DNA of 64,000 nucleotides from the human T2T-CHM13v2.0 reference genome, Homo sapiens, in assembly GCF_009914755.1 (NCBI RefSeq), contig NC_060933.1. One strand, given 5' to 3'. The notes under the pieces were generated by a model. It had not been told where the DNA came from. It searched no databases and saw only the letters and a list, made by a program, of their open reading frames with translations. A program made the translations under genes and the position numbers. This document shows positions 1 through 19,479 of this stretch, piece by piece (positions within the stretch are counted from its first letter, which is position 1; each line of letters begins with the position of its first letter).

Positions 1-140
1 GTAATCCCAGCTACTTGGGAGGCTAAGGCAAGAGAATTGCTTGAACCCAGGAGGTGGAGATTGCAGTGAGCCAAGACTGCGCCACTACACACCAGCCTGG
101 GCAAGAGAGCGAGACTCCGTCTCAGGAAAAAAAAAAAAAA
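1..140 (+). mobile_element. Alu right arm, cut by window edge
   Basis: Alu consensus plus poly-A. Confidence 0.95.
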
Positions 141-499
141 ATTTAAAACAACCCATAATCATGTCTGTATTAATCGACATGGAGAAATAACTACGGCAAA
201 TAGGTAAGCTGAAAAAAAGCACATTTATAGCAATCAGTTCTGTTACTATTTTTAAATACACACTTTTTTTGCTGTCCTTATACACACATACATAGAAAAA
301 ATTCTGAAATGATCCTGACAGAAATATTAACAGTAGTCATCTTTCTTCTTTAGAACATTTTCTCATATCTAATATTTTACCAAAAAATTATATTAGTCTT
401 ACAAAGAGACTGAGACAAGTCCGTTCCCTTTGAAAGAATACTTAGGAACAAAGAATCAATACACAAGAAGGAATGAAGCAGAGTAATACAAGATAACAG

Positions 500-1217
<718 letters not shown>

Positions 1218-1529
1218 TCAAACTTTAATTCACAAATCGTGCAAAACAAAGAGACTGCCAGAAACAGACAAATAAATAGGCAAGCATATGCAAGGGCTAT
1301 TCTTAGGGAGAGTTGCTGGTACAGTGGAATTAGTTTCTGATACCTTGGCTTCCTCTATTCTTTCTAGACACATCTTCCTCTTATCATTACCTCTCTCTAC
1401 CTGAACAATGTTCCTCTGAGCCCTTTGGGCAATTTCTGCCTACAACTTCAGATCCGATCCTACTCTTGCCTAAGCAAAATGCTGTGCACTGTCCTTCCTC
1501 AGCAAGCCCAGCCCTAACATTATGAATGC

Positions 1530-2445
1530 TTATTATTATTATTATTATTATTATACTTTAAGTTCTAGGGTACATGCGCACAACGAGTGGGTTTGTTACA
1601 TATGTATACATGTGCCATGTTGGTTTGCTGCACCCATTAACTCCTCCTTTAGGTATTTCTCCTAATGTTAGCCCTCCCCCAGCCCCCCACCCCCTGACAG
1701 GCCCTGGTGTGTGATGTTCCCCACCCTATGTCCAAGTGTTCTCATTGTTCAATTCCCACCTATGAGTGAGAACATGCGGTGTCTGGTTTTCTGTCCTTGC
1801 GATAGTTTGCTCATCTATGTCCCTACAAGGGACATGAACTCATCCCTTTTATGGCTGCATAGTATTCCATGGTGTATATGTGCCACATTTTCTTAATCCA
1901 ATCTATCCCTGATGGACATTTGAGTTGGTTCCAAGTCTTTGCTATTGTGAATAGTGCCGCAATAAACATACGTGTGCATGTGTCTTTATAGTAGCATGAT
2001 TTATAATCCTTTGGGTATATACCCAGTAATAGGATTGCTGGGTCAAATGGTATTTCCAGTACTAGATCCTTGAGGAATCGCCACACTGTCTTCCACAATG
2101 GTTGAACTAGTTTACACTCCCACCAACAGTGTAAAAGTGTTCCTATTTCTCCACATCCTCTCCAGCACCTGTTTCCTGACTTTTTAATAATCACCATTCT
2201 AACTGGTGTGAGATGGTATCTCATTGTGGTTTTGATCTGCATTTCTCTGATGGCCAGTGCTGATGAGCATTTTTTCATGTGTCTGTTGGCTGCATAAATG
2301 TCTTCTAATGAAAAGTGTCTGTTCATATCCTTTGCCCACTTTTTGATGGGGTTGTTTGATTTCTTCTTGTAAATTTGTTTAAGTTCTTTGTAGAGTTTGG
2401 ATATTAGCCCTTTGACAGATGGGTAGACTGCAAAAATTTTCTCCT
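1530..2445 (-). mobile_element. 5'-truncated L1PA (ORF2 C-terminus plus 3'UTR)
   Basis: ORF 1823..2326 is L1 ORF2 C-terminus ([13 protein letters not shown]); TSD attatgaatg at 1519-28 and 2446-55. Confidence 0.95.
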
Positions 2446-2699
2446 ATTATGAATGTTTTTTTTATGCCTAATCTTACCCAATGTCCCAGCACAACATCCT
2501 GCAGATATGTCCCTTGCTCATTAAGGCAAACTAATTTAATAGCTTTATATGCACAAATATTTCAAAGCTAATACATTGAGGAGTAATATGTTAATGTTCG
2601 CCCTTCTGGAATTAATACTAGTAATTAGTACAGTAGCCAACACTTACTGGCCTACAGTAAGATTTCAGTAAGTGTTGGCTACCTTTGTATGTATTTACA

Positions 2700-2850
2700 C
2701 TTTAAGTAGGAATGTTTTTAGTCCACTTTATAGGCAAAAAATTGTGGCACTGAGAGTTTAAATAAATTGTCCAAGGTTTGTAGAGCTTTGGACAATTTAT
2801 TTAGAGCTTGGATTTTGTAGAGATTGGATTCCAATTTAGGCAATTTGACC
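2700..2850 (-). mobile_element. MIR fragment with a fold-back insertion
   Basis: MIR-core-like ccactttataggc...tgtccaaggt. Confidence 0.6.
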
Positions 2851-2851
2851 T

Positions 2852-3320
2852 TTTTCAAGAATAGACTTTATTTTTTAGAGTAGTTTTGGGTTCACAGCAA
2901 AATTGAATGAAAAGTACAGAAAGTTCCCATGCCATGCCCTGCTCCCACACAAACACAGCCTCCCCGACTATCAGCATCCCCCAGGAGACTGGTACATCTG
3001 TTACAATTGATGACCCTACATTATAGGGTCATGACAATAGAATATCACTATTCTCCATAGTCCACAGTTTACATCAGTTTACATTAGGGTTCACTCTTGC
3101 TGCTGTACATTCTATGAGTTTTGACAAAGATACAATGATGTATATCCACCATGTTAGTATCACTGGCCTGAAAATATTCTGTGCTCTGCCTACTCATCCC
3201 TCTCCCCCCTCAGCTCCTGGCAACTGCTGATCTTTCTACTGTCTCCATAGATTTGCCTTTTCCAGAATGTCATATACTATAGTTGGAATCATACAGTAAG
3301 TAGCCTTTGAGATTGGCTTG
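2852..3320 (-). mobile_element. Ancient L1M (L1MC-like) 3' end
   Basis: ttttagagtagttttgggttcacagcaaaattg...ttccagaatgtcata. Confidence 0.75.
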
Positions 3321-4302
3321 ATCTGACCTTTAAATCACAATACTGCATTGTAAGACTTATTCTTCCTATTCTTCCTATGTGTGGTACTGACCTTATATGT
3401 GTCATTAGCACAGAAGGAAAAATAACCTGCATATGGCATGGATCTGAGGCTTAGCAGCTAAATCACTTCCTCATTCCTGGCATCTTCCCTTCCAACTCAT
3501 TTTCTGACCCTCTCCCAGAGCCATCTCTAGAACCTGGGATCTGGATCACAGGCACACATCAATATCAAGTGTGGAGCCATCCACCCCAGTAGAGATTCTG
3601 ATTCCATGGTTTGGCATGGTGTGCCAACACTGTTGTTGTTTTAAGCACCTTACATGTGATCCTAACACATATCGTTGTTTGAGACTCTCCGTAAAACCCA
3701 ATTTGACCATGTTATTCCCCTATTCATCCTGCTGTTCAAATTCCTTTCAGGGCTCCTTGCTATGTAGAGAATAAGACTTCAGCATGGCACCCAATCTGGC
3801 TCCAGTCTCCTTTGCAGTCCCTGTCCCCTGCCACATGGCACACACTCCAGCCAGGAGCTTTATCACTTCTTTCTACACATGCCTTCACCTCTAGCTGTGT
3901 GCCTAACCCTGAGCTGCCACTTCTTACTAATGCCGCTTCCTACCTTTACCACAAGACCAATGCCAAGTGCTATATCCTTCCCAAGACTTCCAAGGTGCCC
4001 TCAGTTGAAACTAGAATTCATGTCCGTCTTCCTTGTATTCTCAAAACAGTTCCTTTGAATCTCAACTATAACCCAGTCAGCATCAATTTCTCACTAGTTG
4101 CTTTTTGTCTGTCACAGCCCAACCCATCACTAAATTCAGGGTCCGTGTTACTCCTCTTTCATTCCTAACACCTATCCAAATGCTTTTCACATAGTAGATT
4201 CTTAAGGCTTGTGGCATTCAATTTAAGTAAATGTCAAAGATTCATGCGAAATTATGTTCAACTATGGTTGAGAAGCCTGTCAAGAATAGACAGGAGCTCA
4301 TA

Positions 4303-4470
4303 AGCAGAGTTCAAATTTAAACGTGCACGGGAATCATCTGGGGATGTTGTTAAAATGCAGGTTCTGATTCTGCAGGTCTGGGGTGGGGCCTGAAATAGGC
4401 ACTTTCAGCAAGCTCTCAGCTGATGCTGATGCTGCTGGTCCAGGGACTAATCCTTAAGTAGCCAGGCCAT
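4303..4470. mobile_element. MER5A (hAT-Charlie); related fragments near 3560-3690, 6258-6390, 9586-9640 and 56875-57040
   Basis: gaatcatctgggga..ttaaaatgcaggttctgattctgcaggtctggggtggggcctga. Confidence 0.8.
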
Positions 4471-4502
4471 AGAGGAGCTGTGGTTGAATCAGGTTAGCCT
4501 GA

Positions 4503-5121
<619 letters not shown>

Positions 5122-5807
5122 GACTGCTGTTTAGTGGAGATCCAAGTATTTCTCATGTCCCATTTCTTTTGTTTATATGAAGTATTTCAATCATCTCCAC
5201 ACTACTCTATTTGTGTTTCTTTAGGTTAACTGGCCATAAACTCAATGATCTTTTTAAGGCATTAAGTAAAATGAAGCACGACATGCAGTTAGTTATTCAA
5301 AGAAAAAGCCTTGCCCAAGCCTGTCTTTTCAATGAATTATGTGAAACTTCCCTACCCACCCACTTCACTGGAAATCAAATAAGAACTATACAATGGACTT
5401 AGAACTCTGCCAACTTCAGTTTCTTCCAAGAATGTGAAACAATCTCTATAAAATATGTATGATAAAGTGTGCGTTACCTATTTGTGATGGGCCAAATCCC
5501 TTGGTTTTATTTTACTTTGTTTTTTCAGTCATTCACTTCCTTCATTCCTTTTCAGTCAAAAGGAACTTTGTTATGTCAGTACAAGGTGCTAAATGCTTAG
5601 GCAGATGCTCAGGCCCTTGCCTCTAGTACACAACCAGAAGGAGAGCTAACACACTGACTCATCCTAGCCTGTAAGGCAAAATACCAACATTCTGCAAGTG
5701 CTACAGGCAGTAAATGCTGTAGAAATTAAAAGACAAAAGTGAGTAGCTCTAGTTGAGATATTCAAGAAGCTGTTTGACGAGTGCGTTGGCATCTCGTGTA
5801 GATCTTA

Positions 5808-6207
<400 letters not shown>

Positions 6208-6896
6208 AACCACAGGTTAGTAACAAACTGGTAAGAGACAAGAGTTTATGGAATCACTAGTTCTCAATCCTGGCTGACATACTTCAGAAGCTCCGGACTA
6301 AAAGCCTCTAATTCATCTGGGGAAGAGCCTGTACATTTGTATTTTAAAAGCTCCCCAGGTTGTCCTTATGTGCAGACAGTTCACAAACACTGAAGCAAAG
6401 AAATAAGGTCAGAGCCCCCCATATACAATTCTGGAATTTCAGATTTTAAGAAGTGTAGAAGAGTCAGTGATTGAGACGGTGAGTGTTTTGGCAATCATGT
6501 AGTTAAAAAAAAAGTATCTACTCATGCCCAAAACACGCAATGCAAGTTTTACCCACATCACTGATTTCCCAAATCTGAGAAACTGACAATGATTATATGA
6601 GTTTAGTGAAAGTCCAGGCCCACACACACTATGCACTTGCATGGATTCGATGTCCCTTCTAGCCTTGCTGTAGTTGGGAGCTCAGGAAAGACTATTTTCT
6701 TTTCCAGAGGTTTATCTGAAGTTACATTAAAATAGTATATTCTGACAATGGTAAAAACACATTCCAGGAAAAATCTATGATTCTTCTGGGTTTATTTTCT
6801 AGTCACTAGGATTTTCATCTTTCTTCCTCACAGCACCACATATCCTAGGAGTGCTACAGAGCAGAGATTATGTGGCACACTACCTGATTCACAGTT

Positions 6897-7088
6897 AGAA
6901 AGAAAAAAGAAAAAGAGAAGAGAGAGAGGAAGGAAGGAAGGAAGGAAGGAAGGAAGGAAGGAAGGAGGGAGGGAGGGAGGGAGGGAGGGAAAGAAAAGAA
7001 AAGAAAGAGAAAGGAAAAAAGAAAAGAGGGAGAGAGGGAGGGAGAGAGGGAGGGTGAAAGAGAGGGTGGGAGAAATGGAGGGAGGGAG
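6897..7088 (+). repeat. Polypurine tract with (GGAA)9 and (GGGA)6
   Basis: Purely purine 6897-7054; GGAA 6928-6963; GGGA 6967-6990. Confidence 0.95.
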
Positions 7089-7094
7089 CTTTAC

Positions 7095-7308
7095 CTGTAT
7101 TGATGCCTTCAGTTATTATCCACGCTCCTGTTGTCTCTGCAGCTTTAACCAAACCTTGGCTGAAAATCTCTTTAAATTTAGAGGGCATAGTAAAGTTCTG
7201 GATGCCCCCATGGACTGAGATCACAAGCTTGGGCAGTTCCATTTTCCACTCTTTCAACATTAAATGTAACAGATGATCCAGTTTTGTATCATAAGAAGTT
7301 CTAATATA
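7095..7308 (-). CDS. TRPM6: TRPM6 exon 5, YIRTSYDTK...WIITEGINT(G)
   Basis: cttgcag|TATATT...ACAG|gtaaag; 214 nt; [14 protein letters not shown]1 motif. Confidence 0.98.
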
Positions 7309-7599
7309 CTGCAAGAAAAGCACATGTAGGTGAACAGAACATTGTAAAAAAGTTATGCCAGGCACAGAAACAATGAGCACACAGCAGGGCAACTGAAATG
7401 GCCAAAATCTAAAAGGAAGTATGTGGGATCTCTTTAAAGTTCATCTTCATGTAATGGAAATATTTACTTTTAAAAGATTCCACACTCCCATTAAGTTCCT
7501 TCTGGGAATTACAAGTCACTGTAGGAAAGCTTCCTCTGGTTTTCAAGGCTGGCCCACCAATGCTCTCCAGAGAACCTGGGGTGAGGCAGAAATACTTCA

Positions 7600-7971
<372 letters not shown>

Positions 7972-8575
7972 TCACTATGTCAGCAAACCTTTTCATCAGA
8001 AGCTATAACAAATAGGTGAAATGGGATTTTTCATAAATGCTATGGCTTTCTGTTTACTTAATCATTTCACAGATTTGCATAATTTAAATTAAGATTCTAG
8101 AGCATGGACATTTAATTTATTGTAAATTTTACCTTCTAATTAAAATTGTAAATTTTACCTTCTAACCATTATCCCTCTGAAAACACTTTTGTTCTGAAAC
8201 AAATACTTTTCACAAAAACAGTCATCTCTTTAATCGTCAATGTAAGCAAAAGAAAAGATGAGGGAAATCAAAGCCAGCAGGTAGCCCCAGAATCATTTTT
8301 TATTTTACCTAATATTGTATTGCACAGCTGGCTTGCTTTTTCCAGCAAATGCAGATCACTCAAAGGATATTGAGATGAATTTGCCTCCCTCAAACTTACA
8401 CGAACCAACAGCAAGAATAAGCCAGATTTACAGGAAGAAGTAAGGACAATAAGAAACCATGAATTATGAAACAAAACCACAGGCAAAGATCTCCATACAT
8501 GCAAATAGGAATTAACATATGATCCTCCAGAACATGACAGTAATTTAAAACAATTTCCAATTCATCTTTGAACTT

Positions 8576-8875
<300 letters not shown>

Positions 8876-9003
8876 TGAACTTCTTGATACATAATTCCTT
8901 TATTCCAAAATTAAAATATTAAAATTTCTGAACATCAGGAACGGTGCAGCTATTGAAAAATGTGAAGGCACAAATACTTCAAACAGGCAGAAACCTGTTA
9001 GTA

Positions 9004-9482
<479 letters not shown>

Positions 9483-9646
9483 CTAAAGTAATGTATAGAT
9501 GCCATATACTATTTCTTAAAACTTCACATTAAGGTTTATATTAAATTTCTAACATAGGACTGTCTTCTAAGTTTAGAAACACTATTAGTGGTTCTCTCTC
9601 TTGGCTGCACATTAGGATAATTTGGAGAATATTTTTTCTTTAAAGG

Positions 9647-12385
<2,739 letters not shown>

Positions 12386-12389
12386 TACT

Positions 12390-12620
12390 AAAAATCTCTT
12401 GCATACTCATGTTCATAGCAGCATTATTCTGAATATCCACAAAGTGGAAGCAACCCAAATGTCCATCAGTGGAGAAGTGGACAAACAAAATGTGGTATAT
12501 AAATACCATGGTATATGATTCAGCCTTAAAAAGGAAGAAAATTCTGACATATGCTATAACATGGAAAAACATTGAAGACATTATGCTAATTAAAAGAAGC
12601 CAATCACAAAAAGATAAACA
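12390..12620 (+). mobile_element. L1MB-like 3' fragment
   Basis: atgttcatagcagcattattc...caacccaaatgtccatca. Confidence 0.8.
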
Positions 12621-12924
<304 letters not shown>

Positions 12925-13612
12925 TTATCATTTTATGCATTATCTACAACATGTTGAATAAAACTAACAAAAATACAAATGTAGAGGGAAAGAGTTATAA
13001 TTTAGATGAGTAATAAGAGCCTCTCTGACATTTTGGGATGGATGATTTAAAAAAAATTTACGTAAAAAATAAACAAAAATATCCTCCCTAGGAAATCAAT
13101 TTGACATCAAGAGAGTTCTTATCTCTTCAAAATGAATATCAAGAAGCAGAGAAAATTTGTCATTTATTATAAATAATTGAGTACAGTTCCTACTGTGACT
13201 TTCACCTAACCTTGATTAATCAACAGATAAGTTGATCAGGTAAGTTGATTCTGCTTAGCTGCCTAGATATTAAATTTCTGTTTTCTTTAGATTTCTTGTC
13301 AATACAAACAAGTCAATTTATGGCCCAGTACATGAACAGACATTTAAGGCGCAAATTGTTTGCTTCTTTTTTTTCCCTATAATTAAAGCTCATTCTCTTC
13401 TTAAAGGGAAATTCATATTTCTACATTTATGTACCTCCTTTGCAAGAACGGCCCTATCATATTATTTTAAAGTTCTTGCTATACCTAATTCTCATTTAAA
13501 ACAATTATATTGTTTTCTGGTATGAACTTCAGTGACACATTTTATATGAGAATTAGATAGGTATAGCAGGAACTTTAAAAACTGAAAACATTTTTCTTAT
13601 CGATATTTTAGA

Positions 13613-13919
13613 ATTTTTTTTCTTTTTTTTGTGAAACAGAGTCTCTCTCTCTGTTGCCCAGGCTGGAATGCAGTGTGACATGATCTCTGCTCACTGCCAC
13701 CTCCACCTCCTGGATTCAAGCAATTCTCCTGCCTCAGCCTCCCAAGTAGCTGGGATTACAGGGGTGTGTCACCACGCCTGGATAACTTGTTTGTATTTTT
13801 AGTAGAGACAGGGTTTCACCATGTTGCCCAGGCTGGCCTTGAACTGCTGACCTCAGGTGATCCACCCACTTCGGCCTTCCAACGTGCTGGGATTACAGTC
13901 GTGAGCCACTGCTCCCGGC
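13613..13919 (-). mobile_element. Alu
   Basis: Reverse Alu consensus. Confidence 0.93.
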
Positions 13920-14282
13920 TATTTTACAATATTTTTCTAAAAAGCACACTTTTAAGAAATTATCTTCATCTATTAAAATCTTCAGACTTGGGTTTGTTTA
14001 CACGTTCCAAAAAGCCTAGTCATCAGTCCTATGAGTCTACAAACCACACATGGCTCCATGCACTAATCCACCATGACATTATTCCTTTGCTACCTTGAGT
14101 ACACAGACGAGGTGTTCTGCAAGCCAACAATGGTCTTTTCACAATTAGGTGCTGCTATTCACACACCATCAAGTTTTAACTGAAAATGGCTGACAATGTC
14201 AAGTACTAGCAAGGACACATTTCCTTTGTAAAAAAATTTTTTTAAATTATTATAACATTCTCACTTTTTAAAATTTTCACTG

Positions 14283-14527
14283 TTTAGTTTGAGATAAGGT
14301 CTTACTCTGTCACCCAGGCTGGAGTGCAGTGGTGTGACCATGGCTCACTGCAGCCTCAACTTCCCGTGCTCAATCAATTCTCCCACCTCAGCCTCCCATG
14401 CAGCTGGAATTACAGGCAACGACTATCACGTCCGGCTAATTTGGGGTTTTGCCATGTTGCCCAAGCTGATCTTGAACTCCTGGGCTCCAACAATCCTTCT
14501 CCCTCAGTCTCCCAAAGTGCTGGGATT
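14283..14527 (-). mobile_element. AluJ-like, partial
   Basis: Reverse Alu consensus. Confidence 0.88.
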
Positions 14528-14577
14528 TTTAATCATTATTTTAAGATGTTAATTTGCATTCAATATTGTCAAAGGCA

Positions 14578-14671
14578 GGCTGCTCTGATGGTAGTAGGTT
14601 ATCAGAACTTACTAACATTAGTGTCACTAAAGTTGGTATACAACCCCCCACTGCTAAATTTGACTGGCTTT
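14578..14671 (+). pseudogene. Y4 RNA (RNY4) retropseudogene
   Basis: ggctgctctgatggtagtaggttatcagaactt...caaccccccactgctaaatttgactggcttt; full-length hY4 with about 4 substitutions. Confidence 0.95.
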
Positions 14672-14672
14672 A

Positions 14673-14790
14673 ATATATATATAGTCATATATATAGTCAT
14701 ATGTATAGTCATATACAGTCATATATATAGTCATATATATAGTCATATATAGTCAAAGTCATATATATATAGTCATATATAGTCAAAGAC
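14673..14790 (+). repeat. (ATATATAGTC)n-type tandem repeat
   Basis: About 10 degenerate units directly 3' of the Y4 copy. Confidence 0.9.
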
Positions 14791-14944
14791 AAAGTATACT
14801 CTAAACCATTGTCATTCTTGATTTTAAGACCCATAAGTAACTTTGTGTCTCTGATTAAAGTTATGAAGCCTACACTCAGGAATTCTGAAAAATAGATAAA
14901 TAATGAAGTTATGAAGCCCGTCTCAAGAAAAAATATATATGTAG

Positions 14945-15659
14945 CAGTAGTTCTCCCTTACCTTCAGGGCATATGTTCCAAGACCTCCAGCGGGTGCCCA
15001 AAACCGCAGATAGTACCAAACCTAATTGCTGTCAATCAGAACAGGTTTCTGTTCATGTCTTCCACCCACAAATGCAACGACTGTTTCATTTTAACTAAGC
15101 ATTTATCAAAATTATGGCCCTGTGGCCATAATTTTGCAACTGAAGGTACAGCAGTAAAACTGGCATGAATTTCTTTTTCTTTCTTCGCAATTTCATGGAT
15201 AGAAGATGGATTTGTACCACAGATCTTAGCAACCTCAGCTAACTTTTATTCTTAGCTTATTAAGCTGAGAACTTTCACCTTTTCACTTAAAGAAAGCACT
15301 TTATGGCTCTTTGGCATGTCCAAATTGCCTGCATCACTACTCTTGCACTTTGGAGCCATTATGAAGGGTTACTTGGATTCAAGTACTGCAATACCAAGAC
15401 AGTCAATCAGATAACCCTGACAGCTACTAAGCCACTAACGGGTGGGGAGCGTCTGTAGCATGGCTAGGCTGGACAAAGGAATGATTCGTGTCCTAGGTTG
15501 GACAAAGCAAATGGCAAGAGATTTTATCATGCCACTCTGAATGGCACGCAATTTTAAACCCATAAATTGCTTTTTTTCTGGGATTTTCTATTTAATCTTT
15601 TTGGCCCATGAGAAACTGAAACAATGGAAGGTAAAATGGCAGAAAAGGTGGGACTACTC
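14945..15659. mobile_element. MER82 (TcMar-Tigger non-autonomous element)
   Basis: Ends cagtagttctccctta / aaggtgggactact; internal gttccaagacc, ctggacaaaggaatgattc. Confidence 0.8.
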
Positions 15660-16041
15660 CTTCCAAATTTCTAAACCTTCTTTAATTAAAAATTGCATCC
15701 TGGTCCACAGTTTTCCTCAACTGCCCTGCCTCCAGCTAGATAGTAATGCCTGCAATGCCCCGCCTGAAAGAGTCAATATTCTTCTTGACAGCTTTTCATT
15801 CTAAATTTCTGTGTCTATATTCTGATGCACAATTAATTCCATGGACTACGTAAGGTGCAGTATACATTAGTAAATGTTATATTTAACTTCTATATATCTG
15901 CTTATCTGATGACAAATACATACAGTGAGAAGAAAAAAACGTAAAGAAATCTAGACAGGGCCAGAGCTCAATTTCCAAAATGTTCCAAAGAGACAATAGA
16001 GACAAATACATTTGAGTACATGGTGGAGAAATGTGGCTAGC

Positions 16042-16726
<685 letters not shown>

Positions 16727-17161
16727 CTGGCTATAGAACAGTGGATTGTACCTGACAAGCAGGGGAACCAAAAACAAGAGCTGAAGTGCAGGCAGCCTAG
16801 GCCATAAACAGGAAGCATCTAGGAAGCGATGTGTCCTGGAGCAAAAGCACTGGACCAGGAGATGGCCAACGTCATGCAAATCTCTACTCTCCCAAAGCCT
16901 CTATTTCTTCAACTGCAGTAATGTAAGGATTGGTTGGACAAGGTGGTCTCTAATGCCTTCCATTTCCTTTCATTGTGTAACTGAGAACCTGTAGCAATGC
17001 TCAGTGTTGCAGGACCCTGCTCTGAAAGAGGTGATCAGTGGGCTAAGGATACTTATTGTGCATCTGCTGTATTGAGCAGCATATGAAGTAGCACATGGTG
17101 AGAAGTTACAGGGGAAACAGAAGTGTCTACAACTTACAATCTCTTCAGAGAACTAGAACAG

Positions 17162-17822
<661 letters not shown>

Positions 17823-18537
17823 GGCAAAGTAAGAATATTGGGGTTCCATATGGAAAGGTTCTTAATGTAAAGGGAGGCACAGTAATCCCAAATGTACCGA
17901 ATATACATAATCAGGATCTACTAGTTAGAATGGTGTCATCTGATCATCTTTTGGAACAAGGGTCACCCTTCAAAATGAAGCAGCATCTATTCAAACACAA
18001 GACAAATAATGATTCATCTGCCTGGCTTTTTCTACACAAAACATAAATTGAGGTAACCTCATCTGGAGAGATAACTCATTATGCTTTTATAAGGCAGTTC
18101 TTTAGTGCAAACCAACGTTCAGCTTAAGTATATTTCTATTCTGATTATCTATTTGATTTGAGTTGACATTTTATTCTTTTTTTTTCTAGTTCATTAAATT
18201 GTAGCAAGGTCCCATAGAAGAAACAGACCTCCAAAATTAAAAAATATATATTCATGTTTGTCTCTTTAATTACAACTTTTGAAGTCTCAAAGAACATATC
18301 ACTAACAAGTACTAAAAGCTCACTTTATATAAATGTCAATTCCAGGAGGGGGGTTAAAAAAAATGTCAATTCCCTCTCAAATTGTTTTATAAATTCAGTA
18401 AAATACCCATCACTCAGAGCATTTCACAGCCATGTTAGAAACAAAGAATAAAATAAATTTAAAAAGAAAAAAAAATCAAAATCTCAAAATATTTTTCAGG
18501 GAACATGACAAGGTGATTCTAAAATTTATATTAAATC

Positions 18538-19430
<893 letters not shown>

Positions 19431-19479
19431 AAATTTTCTTTCAATAAAAAAAAAAAATTGTATAAATGCATAAAAGTGT

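Noticed and set aside
6895-7094. LPPSFLPS-rich extension of the exon 5 ORF
   Set aside because: Read-through into the intronic simple repeat past a good donor
8936-8948. caggaacggtgca matches the U2 snRNA 3' end
   Set aside because: Only 13 nt with no convincing TSD or tail; could be chance
14552-14559. Octamer ATTTGCAT upstream of the Y4 copy as a Pol III promoter
   Set aside because: Only ~20 nt upstream, whereas a DSE lies near -220; no recognisable PSE/TATA; the TSD indicates a retrocopy
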